Shown here: positions 37,201 through 50,275 of the stretch, piece by piece | How positions within the stretch are numbered: the first letter of the stretch is position 1 | How the letters are laid out: every line of letters begins with the position of its first letter | Assembly (NCBI GenBank): GCA_045837725.1 | Contig: JBEWZL010000302.1 | Span: forward strand, 248,001 to 312,000 | From: Vermamoeba vermiformis | Taxonomy: Eukaryota | DNA length: 64,000 nt | Direction: 5' to 3' | Position numbers and translations under genes: made by a program | Notes under the pieces: model-generated | What the model was told of the DNA's origin: nothing | The model's database searches: none | What the model saw: the letters and a program-made list of their open reading frames with translations, nothing else

Positions 37201-37425
37201 AAGACCCCCTCGAAGCCTCAAGGCTCACCTTGGCGCACAATGGGCACTCCTGCCACCCCCTCCACTCCGAGCTCATCTGCCTCATCTGTTCCTTCTACCC
37301 CGTCAAAGAGTGTCGATGAAGACGATGACTTCATTGATCCTCACAAGGGCAAGCGAGACAAGAAGGGTCCTAGCCGTGGTGGTCGCGGTGGTGCTCAACG
37401 TGGTCGCGGCAGAGGCGGCAAATAA
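34283..37425 (+). CDS. Adenylate-kinase-fold domain fused to an mRNA-capping guanylyltransferase, RGG-rich tail
   Basis: P-loop [33 protein letters not shown]. An in-frame intron at 35513-35559 leads into GTase motifs [25 protein letters not shown], IIIa [35 protein letters not shown]. Confidence 0.9.
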
Positions 37426-37540
37426 AATGATATGTGCGGCTAGCCATTGTCTTCGAATGACATCGAGGAGGCTCATGCTTGTCATTCGGGACATTTTGTA
37501 CTAACAATTGGTGTCGAAATAAATTAAAGCGGATGTTTAC

Positions 37541-38976
37541 TTAATTCTTCTTGTAGTTGCTCTTGTAGCCACCGTAATATTTCTTGAACTCGAGCTTTTT
37601 GTCGAGGTAGATCTTGCCGCGAGGTACTTGCATAGCCGAGGCCAATAGCGAATAGACTTGATCTCCCCAGTCTTCCATGGACAGTGCTGATTTAGGAGCG
37701 GCTGGAATGTCTTCGTCTATGATGTAGCGCACTTCCATCGAGTTAGAGAACTGACAGCACAACTTGAACAAGTGCACAATGAAGCTGCCTACGGTGTAGT
37801 TGGGCGAGAAGTCGTTGTAGTTGTATCTATCGAGCGTGTTAAGTACCGCTTTAGACATATTAATGGCGACTTACTTGAATGAAATGATGTGCACTTTGCG
37901 ATCCTTCAAATCGAACTTGGAGCTGATCACTGGAGCACAGCCCAACAAGATTTGACTGTTGGTGGTAGTGCCTTCAGGGAACACCACTACTGGACCACGC
38001 CATGACTTGCGAGTATCATTCATGACCGTGCTTAATTCTTTGGCCTAGTTCACCGTGTTAACAACCAATACTCCAGTTGACTTCCACTTACATCCTTGGT
38101 GGAGACTTGTCGGTCACGGATGGTGTGCAAGAACGCGCCCAATAGACTCTGAGGCACAACGACGCCCTAGTGTCGAGAGCATTAGTAACAGTGTGATGTG
38201 TAAAGTACTTGAATTACCTTGGCTGGAGTGCCTTTGAAATCATTAGGGACAGCTGTGAATTGCGGTGAAAATCTACAACGAGTCAGCATGAGACGCGATG
38301 TAACGACACGACACTGACCTGTACATCAAATAGAACAACTCGACATATGAGCCGTGATTGCTGATGATAAGATCTCCTCGTGCAATGTTCCGACCGATAG
38401 GCCACATGCTCGGAGTCCTATCGAGTGTCAATTAATATAGCTTAATATAGCAATGTCACGCACTTGTTTTGTTTCTTGGAGGGAATGTAGTGCGTGTTAA
38501 TGCTGTAAAAGCCGAGAATGAGCAACAAGACACGCGCAATCAAAATGTCATGCAGTCGTTGCACAGGGCGACGCAAAAACGGGATGAATATCTAGTCATA
38601 CTGTAGGTTAATATAAAGAGTGTGGTTGAACTAATTTAATTACAGATTTTCATACCAGACTGCTGACAGCAGAAAATAAGACGAGCCATAGGAAGACAAC
38701 CAAAAATAAAGGTAATCTAATCAGTGCCAATACAGGGCCAATCAAGTACCATTTCAATATTGATACTACTGATGACTGCGATTTTGCCTACGTGTCGAAA
38801 ACAATATTATTTTTTGCAAAGCAATCAATGTGCTTCAGAGCAATAATAACACAAGAATATTTAAAAATATTATTTGGAATTATTTTAGAATTTGTTGTTG
38901 ATTATTTCAATACCTTAGGAGGCAAAAAAGGATGCACACCAGTGTATGCGTCGCTGTACTCTCGAAACTTTTCCAT
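37541..38976 (-). CDS. Lysophospholipid acyltransferase, Loa1/Vps66-like (PlsC domain)
   Basis: N-terminus MEKFREYSDAYTGVHPFLPP; ISNHGSYVELFYL; GPVVVFPEGTTTN. Confidence 0.82.
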
Positions 38977-39345
38977 GCGTGGCCAGTAGTCAAGAACTGT
39001 TGCCTTATGCTAGGACGAGCAAAAATGAATGAAGGATGTGGCACCGACGTTTTGGTCGACGAATCCGGATGAAATTTCTCTATTCAACATTTCTCGCGGC
39101 GGAGATATAATCTAATTAACTAATCGGCACTATTTTTTACGTATTTGTTCACCGTGGCGCCAGAAGCAAGAGGAGAAAGCTCAATCCCTCAAAGTTCGAA
39201 ACTACAAAAGCGGGCATCTTCGTTCAGTTCAGATCACCATAGCTTCAAAATTGCATTGTGCAGCCACAAAAAAATACTAGACTCATAAGATCACTTTAGC
39301 AGCACATGGGAAAACAAAAGAAGTAATTTTAAAAAATTTGTACAA

Positions 39346-42300
39346 ATGGATTTCACTACCACCCACTTTCGGCGAGTGCTATTTATCAAAAGTACGTATA
39401 ATATGCAATTGTGTAGAGAGAATAACACATTAAATTTCTTTCACGTGATTTCTCATTGCTAATCCAATTTTAAATTTTTAGTTTATGAAGCTAGAGGCTT
39501 GCCAAAAGGTTAGTATCACTCATAAATGAATATATTGGCATTTTTAGCAAGAATACCGCTATTTAATCTTGCGGTTGAACCGAAATTCTTTCAGATCGAA
39601 CTGCTTGCGGTACAAAATTGGTTACTTAACGGAGGACAATACTTAACTTTATTTTTTGTTAGGCAAGGGTTACTATTGCACAATAACGTTGGGTGATCGT
39701 ATTTGGCGAACGAAAACAACGTGGAAAGACGATAATGTTTACGGCGACGAGTTCACACTGTAAGCAACGGTTCAATTGTAATAGTGGATCTAACGACACT
39801 AGGGAGCTGAGTAATGCGCGCGATCCTATTGCAATATATGTGTACAAGGATCGTTCCAAGAAGAGTGATCGGCGAGTGGGCCGTATTGAAGTGAGCACGA
39901 ACATTATGCGCAAGAGTTTCGCTTTTGATCGCTGGGTCCCGTTGCTGGAAATGAACGACAAGCTGTCCAAGGGCGAGCTGCGGATAAAATTGCAATATGA
40001 CGTGAGTTTATATGACTGGTGGACTTACCCGTGATGCTAAACACTGCTTTAGGAAGATGTAATTCTGCCAACAAATATGTACTCAGAGTTCTCGAGAGTA
40101 AGTTGTGCACAGCTCGTAGCAGTTAATATTAACACCTTGCAGTTAATTTTGCGGGAAGATCTGTCTACAGTGAAGTTGATTGAAAAACTTGCGCGCGATA
40201 AGTATCACGTGGGCAAGTTCTTAGCGGCAATCTTCGCGTCACATCAACAGGCGGAGAAGTTACTGGGCTACTTGGTGTTAAAAGAAGTGATGGTCACTGA
40301 CAATCCCTCGACTCTATTCAGAAGTGGTTCATTCGCCACTAAAGCCATTGAGTTCGTGCTCAAGACGTTTGGTCAACCCTATCTGATCAGTGTCATTAAG
40401 CCGATTTTAATCGCGATCACTCAGAGCGATCAATCCTGTGAGGTACGTTTGGGTGGCCCTTAATGCACGAATATTGATGATATTATTCAGATTGACCGAA
40501 ACAAAATGGAATCGGGGGAGGACATCACAAAGAATATTGAGCAATTAAAGAGTAATGTTACTTTGGCCATTGACCGAATATTCAATTCACTCCAACAATT
40601 TCCTTTGTAAGTCCATAGGCTTCAATCAGTGACGAAAATTGACAATTTGTTGCAGACTTGTGCGGAAGATCCTCCGAAATATTCACACTCACACTGTTTT
40701 CAAGTTCCCGCAAAGAGAGACAGTTCATTTTTCTGCAGTAGGAGGCACCTTATTCTTGCGGTTCATCATCCCAGTATTTTTGGCTCCCTGGCAAGTGCTG
40801 TGCGAGGTCGATGACCCCGTGCCCACATCAAAACAGCTGCGTAATATGACCCTCGTGGGCACTGTGCTACAGAAGCTCGCCAATATGCAACTGTTCACTC
40901 ATCAAGAGATGCCTTATCTGGAGCTGAATCCCGTGTTGGAAGCACAGTTCGAGACATACAAAACATTCGTCGAAGCAGCTATCAGCGTGCCAGTAAGTTG
41001 TTGGATTATAGTTCATACCACCGCGGTATTAACTAGTTCTAGGAAATTGCTGAAAACGAGTACTACGATGGCAAGATAATCAGTGTTGATTTTCATCTGA
41101 CTGATTTGCTCAACTTCCTGATCGATCACAAAGCTGCCGCAGAAGCTTTACCAAACAATGTACGTTAATACTGCCCTTGATAGCTCGTGCTCACAATGCA
41201 ACAGGAGGCGGATGAATTACTAGCAGTGGTGACCACGCTACAGGCATCGATAGATAAAGAGCGCAAGCGATTAGAGGGCATGGACAAGTTGAGGTCGGGG
41301 CCTATTGGTCGCAATCAAGCTGGAAGTGCCGCGGCACACGTTGCGTCAGTAGACCGATTGGTTGCGTGGCTGGTAGAAGGCAACGATGGAGCACCACCGC
41401 CGGAGCTGGCCGAAAGAAGTCACTCGCGCTCTACTCCTTCATCACCAGCACTGAGTAAGAAGCGAGAAAGGCGCAGTCCTAGTGTCGTAGAAATATTCGA
41501 ACAGCCTTCGAAGACGAAATCAACTCCCGATTTGAGCAAATCACTCAAAGAGCGGCGAGATAAGGAGAAGGATAAAACAAAAGAGAAGGAAAAGGAGAAA
41601 AACAAAGACAAGGACAAATCAAAAGGTCGCAGCAATAGCGGCAGTCCAAAGAGAAATCACAAGCCATACAAAAGAAGTTTATCGAGCAAGAGCTTGAGGA
41701 AGACAGTCGACGGAAAGTTGAAAACATCTAACGACGAGAGCGACAACGACAAGGAGAACAAACGGCACAGCAGTCCGAGCAAACGAGCGGCCAAGGGATC
41801 TGTCACCAGTTCACCAGGCAAGAGCAAACAGCGAGACCAAATTGAAGATAAGCCACCAGTATCGTGGGCTAATTCCACATTTGATCCGAGGCTGAAGAAA
41901 TCAGAAGAATCTCTCGACCAGTATATTGAGCCGCAAAGCATGCCACTTCACAGCCCGCTGAGTGCCTCGTCTGAAGTCACTCCTGAAGAGTCGAGTTCAA
42001 GTTCGAGCGAGGAGGTAAAGCAACCAGAGCCAGTGAAGGAGAGCAATACGACGAACACAAATGAAGCGGAGGTCACAGAACCACCTACGTCACCTCGTAG
42101 GGCTGAGATGATGCGCAGCGATTCAACTCCGATCCGACGACCGGCGCTGTCAGCACCTGTCAAGCACAAGCTCTCTGCTGGTCAGAACTCATTGCCCGCA
42201 CTGAAAGCAGGCCTGTCGAAGGTGCCAATGCTGCCATCAAAAGCTTTAAATATAGACCAGTCGAACTCACCACGAGCACTAGTAGCAGTACCCAAATCAG

Positions 42301-43101
42301 TGCCTATTAAACCACCGTCCCCTGGCTCAGCCCGCACGTCTGCCGAGACCACAAAGATCTCGTTAGTACCTAAGCGAGACACTGTCGTACGATCCTGTCA
42401 GTACTGCAAAGAGGAGATTGCTGTTGGCAAGGAGTATCTCGAGTACAAAGAGCTGTCATTCCATCCGCATCATTTCTTGTGCGCAACGTGCGGCATTGAT
42501 CTCAAGTTCTTGGGCTTCAGTCTATTCAGAGACATTCCTGTATGTCGATTTTGCTTTGATAGACTGAAGAAGGCCGAGGACACTGCGAGGTACGACCACT
42601 CGATCGATGGATTCTTTATTAATAATAACGATGTTCCGTAGATGTTCGAGTTGTGGAGAGGATTTGAAAGAGGAGCCAGAGAGTGGCAAAGTGTGGGCAC
42701 TCAATCGCTGGTGGCACAACAAATGTTTCAAGTGCCACGGTTGCGGCGGGGATTTTGCGAACGGAAATTACTTCTCGGGACCTGACAACGCGCCTTATTG
42801 CAAGACGTAAGTCCATCCATAGGATAGTTAGTTTAATATCTAATCTGTTCGTAGGTGTATTTTCTTGGGTCGTGTCAAGAGGAGCAACACGTTGACGTTG
42901 TCGGCCAAACCCACAACACCACTTAGTTCAAGACAGACACACGTGTGCGTGGAGTGTTTCAGACCTATCACTGGCGAGATGTATGTTGCTATGGGCAACA
43001 AGTATCACCCGGAACACTTTAAGTGCGACGTGTGCGATCTGATCTTGAAAGACGGCAATTACGTACTTGCTAATGGCAAGAAGACGTGTCCCACACATTA
43101 A
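39346..43101 (+). CDS. C2 domain, RasGAP and three LIM domains
   Basis: C2 (VYEARGLP...FDRWVPL...GELRIKLQY); RasGAP TLFRSGSFATK and FLRFIIPVFLAP...LQKLAN; LIMs CQYC...FHPHHFLCATC, CSSC...WHNKCFKCHGC, CVEC...YHPEHFKCDVC. Confidence 0.88.
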
Positions 43102-43289
43102 TACTGTTGTATCAATAAAATCAATTGTATAATAAGCCCGGAATACGATTCTTTGTAATACGGAGACTTGCCATATTTAGCCGAAATCTTGTCTCGCGCA
43201 TTGCGGCATCTATTTAATTTTTACTAAGAGCAACATTAATTTATTTTTATATATTTAAGACAACAAATTGCAAACTGTTGGCGTTCAGC

Positions 43290-46117
43290 ATGGATCGACC
43301 GCGTGCGTACTCGATCGGCACTGGCGTTCCGCCTGAGCAACGCGACGATACTGACGAGCTGAAAATTGAAGCCAAAGAGCCCACACAAATATTAACAACT
43401 GCAATTATCACGGGAACCACCATCCGCCAAGAGGGCAAGCAACAGTTCACGGTAAGCATCCACGTCATTAATTAGAATTACAGCTCAGTTTGAAATTTTA
43501 AGCGATTAATTGGTTGCTATATTAATAGTAATTATAAATTGCACTTGAATATTGAACCGTTGTACAAATATCCATTTTTATTTCAGCAAATTTGCAATAT
43601 TTCTAGCTCGTTGGCCTAAGTATAAGCTCAAATAATTAAATATCATCTATGAAATCGCAAATACGCTCAGAAATTTGATTTATTTTTGTAATTTCCGTGG
43701 AGAATCATGAATTAAATTGAATCGACAAGCGAATAAATGGACTAATACGCCCCGCGCATATCACTCCTCGAACTTGACACTAATCACTGAATTATTCCCG
43801 CAGGAATATGAAATTCTCGTAACCGAAGACATCTCGTCGTGGATCATAAAACGCCGCTACAAGCAATTCTACAAGTTAAATGACTACGTAAGTGCATTGA
43901 ACAGCGTATATTCTTACCATAACCATCGTAGTTGAAAAGCACGTTCGGAGCACTGGTTCCAAAGAGCTTCCCTCCAAAACAGATCACGACGAACAAAAAT
44001 CAAGCGTTATCCCCACACGCAATTGATAGGAGGCATCAAATACTTCAAAATTGGTTGCAATTAGTATTGAACAATAGAGTTCTTGCCCAGGACGCGAAGC
44101 TACGTTTATTTTTGACGCAAGATCGAGTCCAAGTTGATTTCAGACCAGTGTAAGTATTCAATAATATGCTTATTATTCTGTGTACAATAATAACTCGTGA
44201 TGTAGTGTAAATAGAAATAGATCGCGATCAGATGCTAAATATCAGAGCGCGAATGACTACATGGGCTATTTATATCACTACAAAAAAGGTCATTGGAAGA
44301 AACGCTGGTTCATTTTGCGTCAAGGACTATTGTACAAATATGCCAATCCTAAAGACAAACATCCATATGGCTGGTATGACTTGAAGGACGCAAAGGCAGT
44401 CAGCATGTCGTTGCAACAAGTAGAACAGCTTAAAACTGTTGAACGAAGGATTAAACGACGTGATTGTAAGTGACACGTGTCAAATGGTGTCTCGTACTGA
44501 CTCGTTGACAGCTGGAAGGAAATCTCCCGAGTCATTGTCGCCTTCGTTGAACAATGACAGACGAGTCAACTTCAAAGTTAAAACCACAGAATCGACGGAC
44601 AAACTTACCTTGACGCCGGACACTGACGGACCTCTCTCAGAGCCCTTGGTAAGTAGCGTGCTGCATTTACTTTGAAATCTAACACCGGTACAGAGTCCAA
44701 AGAAAACTCGATCACCGTCCATTGAACGTCGAGGCTCACTTACTAAGGACAGAGGCGATTATGGCTTCAGTATCGAATGCGAGCAGTATCCTAAAATGGT
44801 AAGTGCCTATTGCGTGCAGAATTGTTGCTAATCATAGCACACAGATCTTCACAGCTGAAAGTGAAAATGAACGCGTCTGTTGGCTGGCAGCATTCAACAA
44901 ACCATCCGAGACCCAAATCACAGGCAGTCCAGGCACTATGTCACCGCGACCTCGTGCATCATCCTCACACGATGTGATGGCCAACCCGCGTGATTCATAC
45001 TCAAGTTCGATATTCGGAGTGCCGCTGGATCAAATAGACGAGATTGATATCGACGGTGTACCAGTGTTTATTTCAACTATTTTAGACTATATTGAAGCTA
45101 CGGCACTGCACAAAGAAGATCTGTTCACCTACTCGCCTGACGCCAACGTGAAAAAGCTGATTGAGAATCAAGGAGACCTAGATCTGACGGTCATTGACAG
45201 TCCACACGCTGTAGCAGGTCTCGTTATCGAATGGCTCGTAGATTTACCAACGCCCATTGTACCTGATGACTTTTATGACGCATTCTTTGGCGCATTCAGT
45301 AAGTAATACGAATTTGACATGAACTGGTGACTCATTCATTGTACTTAGAAATCGAATCCATTCAAGCACGACACGCAGTAGTGAGCACGATTATATCTCA
45401 ATTGCCAGAGATCAACCGCTGCTTGTTGTTCAAATTATTCCGCTTCTTGCACGTGGCCAGTACCAAAAAGCCTCTGCAGAAAGAAAGAGTTGTCAAACTG
45501 TTTGGCCGATTAGTATTCAGACCTCTGCCTGATCACGACAAGAACGGCTCAGTGTACCGCTTGACCTCTGAACTGATCGACTATTACACTCTGATTGAGG
45601 TACACTATCCAATTTGATATTCACGCAGAAACTAATAGCTATTCTGTTATAGCCACCCAGTACACCGCGTGACCCTCGAATTGAGCGCACAGATTCGTTC
45701 TACACTGGGCTGATATCCAAGTTGAAGACACTCGACCAGGGCAATCAAGGCAACATGATTGTCGAGCACGCTGATGAGGGCAGCAACGAAGAGGTGACCA
45801 TTGTGACGCAGGTCTCGTCCAATGATCGCGAGCGGTTCATTACTATTCAACACAAGAAGAGTCCGCGCGGTGAAGGACCAATCAGCGCGGTCAATTCGAT
45901 GCCCAAGATCACTGTCAAGAGCTCACCGACTATGAAATCTCCGCTGGAACTTGACGAACCATATGACGATGTGTCGAGCAGTGCTGAAGAGGCCTCTATT
46001 CGACAAGTGGCAGACAAGCAGCTGTTCGATGCTATTTTTGGCTTTGAGAGCGATGAGGGCAGTGATTTTGAAAGCGATGAAGCGCCGAAAGAGAGGCTCT
46101 CTAACAGCTTGCACTGA
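43290..46117 (+). CDS. PX, PH (split by an insertion) and RhoGAP-like protein
   Basis: PX YEILV...IKRRYKQFYKL...FPPK...LQNWLQLVL; PH GYLYHYKKGHWKKRWFIL...FTAESENERVCWLAAF; RhoGAP-like IFGVPL...PHAVAGLVIEWLVDLPTPIVP...LPEINRCLL. Confidence 0.85.
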
Positions 46118-46278
46118 AAACGTAACTTGTAATAAATATTTGTAATAAATAAGCAATAATACGGTGATCAAGAACACCCATGTTAGTGCCCGTACTCTCC
46201 TGTGATTGAAGTTCGGTGACATTTTTTCTGGTTCAACTTAACCGTATATTTTATTTTGTCTCCCAACAAGAGTGCATC

Positions 46279-49200
46279 ATGTCGACAGTGCAAAAGAAGA
46301 AGATCGATAATCGCATTCGCGTACTGCTTGAGAATGGCATCAAGCAGAACCATCGAAGCTTGTTTGTCATCGTTGGTGACAAAGGAAAAGATCAGGTATT
46401 TTATGCTCTAAATATTCCTAAAATAATCATCTAAGATCTATTAATGGGGGGTGTTTTTATGAAATGATGTTAACGACGATCTAATCTGCATCTTTTTTCT
46501 AGGTCGTAAACTTGCACTATATGCTTTCTAAGGCTATTGTAAAAGCAAGACCATCCGTATTATGGTGCTACAAAAAGGAATTAGGATTTTCTACGTAAGG
46601 AAAAGTTGAATCAGATTCGGATCTCACTTTTGGATCTCCGATCAGCTCTTCAAAATATTCTTTAACGCACAGATTAATTAATATTAAATTATCAGTCACC
46701 GAAAGAAGAGAATGAAGCAATTGAAGAAGCAGATTTCTCGCGGTGTCTACGATCCAAACCGAGACGATCCCTTTGAATTGTTTATTACCTCGACCAATAT
46801 TCGTTGGTGCTACTACAAAGAAAGTCACAAGATCTTAGGTAACACCTATGGCATGCTCGTTTTGCAGGTACGTCATTCGCGATCGAGTACTGGTTTGGAT
46901 CTGATCGCGTTACTCGTAGGACTTTGAAGCTATTACTCCGAATATTTTGGCACGAACTATTGAAACTGTTGAAGGTGGCGGCATTGTCATTTTGTTGCTC
47001 AAGACGATGACCTCGCTCAAACAGCTGTACACTTTGTCTATGGTACGCACACAACCTAAATATTCAAATACGTATTTGAATATATTTAACAATACTATTA
47101 ATAGGACGTACACAGCCGTTACCGCACTGAGTCTCATCAAGATGTCGTCTCACGCTTCAATGAGCGCTTCTTGTTGTCTTTGACGAACTGCTCGCAATCG
47201 CTGCTGATGGACGACGAGCTCAATATATTGCCCATCAGTGTGGCGAGCAGAACGATCACTGCATTGCCTCCTCGACCCGTACGGACATACAACAATACTG
47301 ATGATTATTTGCAACCATTGTAACCTTTGTTCTCCCTCAGGAAGGTGAATTGACCAAAGCAGAGCAAGAATTGAAGGACTTGAAGGCCTCATTGCGCGAC
47401 ACTGAGCCCATTGGTTCGATCATCGACAAGGCACGCACTCTCGATCAAGCCAAGGCTGTGTTGACATTCTACGAAGCTATTTCTGAGAAATCGCTGCGCA
47501 GTACTGTCGCTCTCACTGCCTCGCGTGGTCGTGGTAAATCAGCGGCATTAGGTCTCGCCATTGCTGCTGCTGTTGCCTTCGGGTACGTGGAGTGCATTTA
47601 ACGCGTCAAACTAACATTACTAATGCACCGATGTAGCTATTCAAATATCTTCGTCACTTCGCCCAACCCCGAGAACTTGAAGACGTTGTTCGACTTTATA
47701 TTCAAGGGCTTTGATGGTCTCGAGTACAAAGAACATCTCGACTACGAGATTGTGCAGTCCACCAATCAGGAGTTCAACAACTGCATTGTGCGCGTCAATG
47801 TGTTCAAGACTCATCGTCAGACCATTCAATACATCAACCCTGCTGACTATCAGAAATTGGGTCAAGCTGGTGAGTAGTACTATATGGCACATTTATTATC
47901 GAAGTCAGATATTAACCACTGTTACAGAACTGGTCGTAATTGACGAGGCTGCGGCTATTCCGTTGCCCATCGTGAAGAACTTGTTGGGTCCTTACCTCGT
48001 GTTCATGGCCTCAACTATCAATGGCTACGAAGGCACTGGTCGCTCGTTGTCTCTCAAGCTCATCAAACAGCTGCGCGAACAGAGCGGTACTTCTCAAGGC
48101 AATGCTGCCCTTGGTGGTATGTGACTGACCGCGTTGTTGTCGATACGTGCTAATTAACATAGGTCGCACTTTGCGTGAGATTCAACTGCAAGAGCCCATT
48201 AGATACGGCCAAGACGACGTGGTTGAGAAGTGGTTGAACGAGTTGTTGTGTCTCGATGCAACAGTCGCCAAGCCCATTGACAGCGGCTGTCCTCACCCCG
48301 ATCAATGCGAGTTGTTCTATGTCAATCGCGACACTCTCTTCTCGTACCACAAACTCAGCGAGAAGTTTTTGCAGCGCATGATGGCCCTCTACGTGTCAAG
48401 TCACTACAAGAACAGTCCCAACGACTTGATGCTCATGAGTGATGCCCCCGCACATCACTTGTTTGTCTTGTTGCCGCCAATCAACGAAGAGACCAAAGCT
48501 CTGCCTGAGATTTTGTGCGTGATCCAAGTCTGTCTCGAAGGTGAAATTTCGCGCGAATCAGTGGCCAAACAAGTCGGCAGAGGACAGCGTGCATCAGGTG
48601 ACTTGATCCCTTGGACTATTTCACAACAGTTCCAAGACGATGATTTCCCTAGCCTCTCAGGTGCTCGTGTTGTGCGCATTGCTACACACCCTGAATATCA
48701 CCGTGTAAGTCAAACTTATACCTGAATGTCATCAATAGCTAAGATCTAATGTCAGATGGGCTATGGTCGTCGTGCCTTGCAAATTCTTCAATCTTACTAC
48801 GAAGGAAAAATCACCAACTTGAGTGAAGTGAAAGCAGCTACTAAAGAAGAGTCTATTCACGTTGAGGTATGACATCTGTCATAATTTATATATATATATC
48901 ATGTGTTAATATTCGTGATCCTAGGACCCCGCCCCTTCAAGTTCAGTCCTGTTGCAAGAGACATTGAAGCCGCGCAAGAATCTCCCGCCTTTGTTCTCCA
49001 AGCTGAGTGAACGGGCCCCAGAGAAGTTACATTACTTGGGTGTGTCGTATGGCCTCACTAAAGATCTCTTTGGATTCTGGCAACGCGCGCAATACATCCC
49101 CGTGTACATTCGTCTCACACAGGTACGCAGCACTAACTGAGAGTCAATCAGATTCATTGCTAATCAGCGAACTTTAGAATGAATTGACAGGCGAACACAC

Positions 49201-50247
49201 CTGCATCATGTTGAAAGAGCTGAGACCTGAATATCAACTCGACACTGTGGCCAATCCCAAGTGGCTCGAATCATTCGCTGAAGGTAACTAAGCACCTGTT
49301 GTAAATGAAATATGCCCGTATTAATCATTGCATAGATTTCCGTCGCCGTTACATGTCCTTGTTGGGCTATGAATTGAAAGAGTTCTCGTGCGAGACTGCT
49401 TATCTAATCTTTGCATCAATTAAGCTCTCTTCGTCGTTCAATAAGCGTAAGTAATGAATCTCAAATGATACAGAACACTATACTTACGTTGTTATAATAG
49501 CACTTGATAGTCGTGAAGCCCTCAATGACTTGTTCACCGCACACGACATGAAACGTCTCGAAGGCTATGCACACAATTTGTTGGACTATCACGTGATCAT
49601 TGATCTCTTGCCCACGCTCTCGCGCATCTATTTCTCCGACAGATTGGCCTCGCGTAACGTTAAATTGGCTCCTTCGCAAGAGGCAATTTTGTTGGGCTTG
49701 GGCTTGCAACACAAGAACATTGACCAACTCGCTGTAAGTCACTGGCCCCTATTGTATGTAGCGCAGCTGTTCATTGATTGTATTACAGAAAGAGTTGTCG
49801 CTCGAGCCCAATCAAGTGATGGCATTCTTCAACAAGGTCGTGCGAAAATTGAGCAAAGTGTTCCGTGAGATGGAAGAGGCTGACGAGGCCAAAGCCTTGC
49901 CCGAAGCCTATCGCGCCAAAGATGTGGAGATGCATCCTGTTGAGAACACGCTCGAAGAGGACCTCACCGCTGCAGGCAACAAGGCCTCAGACCAGCTCAA
50001 CAAGAAGCACAAGGACTTGTTGCAGAACCTCTCTTTGCCCGACTACGCCATTGTTGGGGATGAGAATGCGTGGCGCGAGAGCACTGCGGCCATCAGCAAG
50101 GGCAAGATCCCCAACATTGTCAGCGTGAAAAAATTAAAGCGCAAACTCGGTGATGACGACGGACCTCTGGCATTCAGCAAACACAACGACGAAGACGAGA
50201 CTGAGCGCAAGATGAAGAAGATCAAGAAGAAAAAATTGAGAAATTAA
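46279..50247 (+). CDS. NAT10: RNA cytidine acetyltransferase NAT10/Kre33
   Basis: KKIDNRIRVLLENG...HRSLFVIVGD, LTASRGRGKSAALG, IDEAAAIP, STINGYEGTGRSL, SSHYKNSPNDL, GARVVRIATHP...GYG. Confidence 0.97.
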
Positions 50248-50275
50248 GACTGTCCCACCGCTAATAAACAGCATG

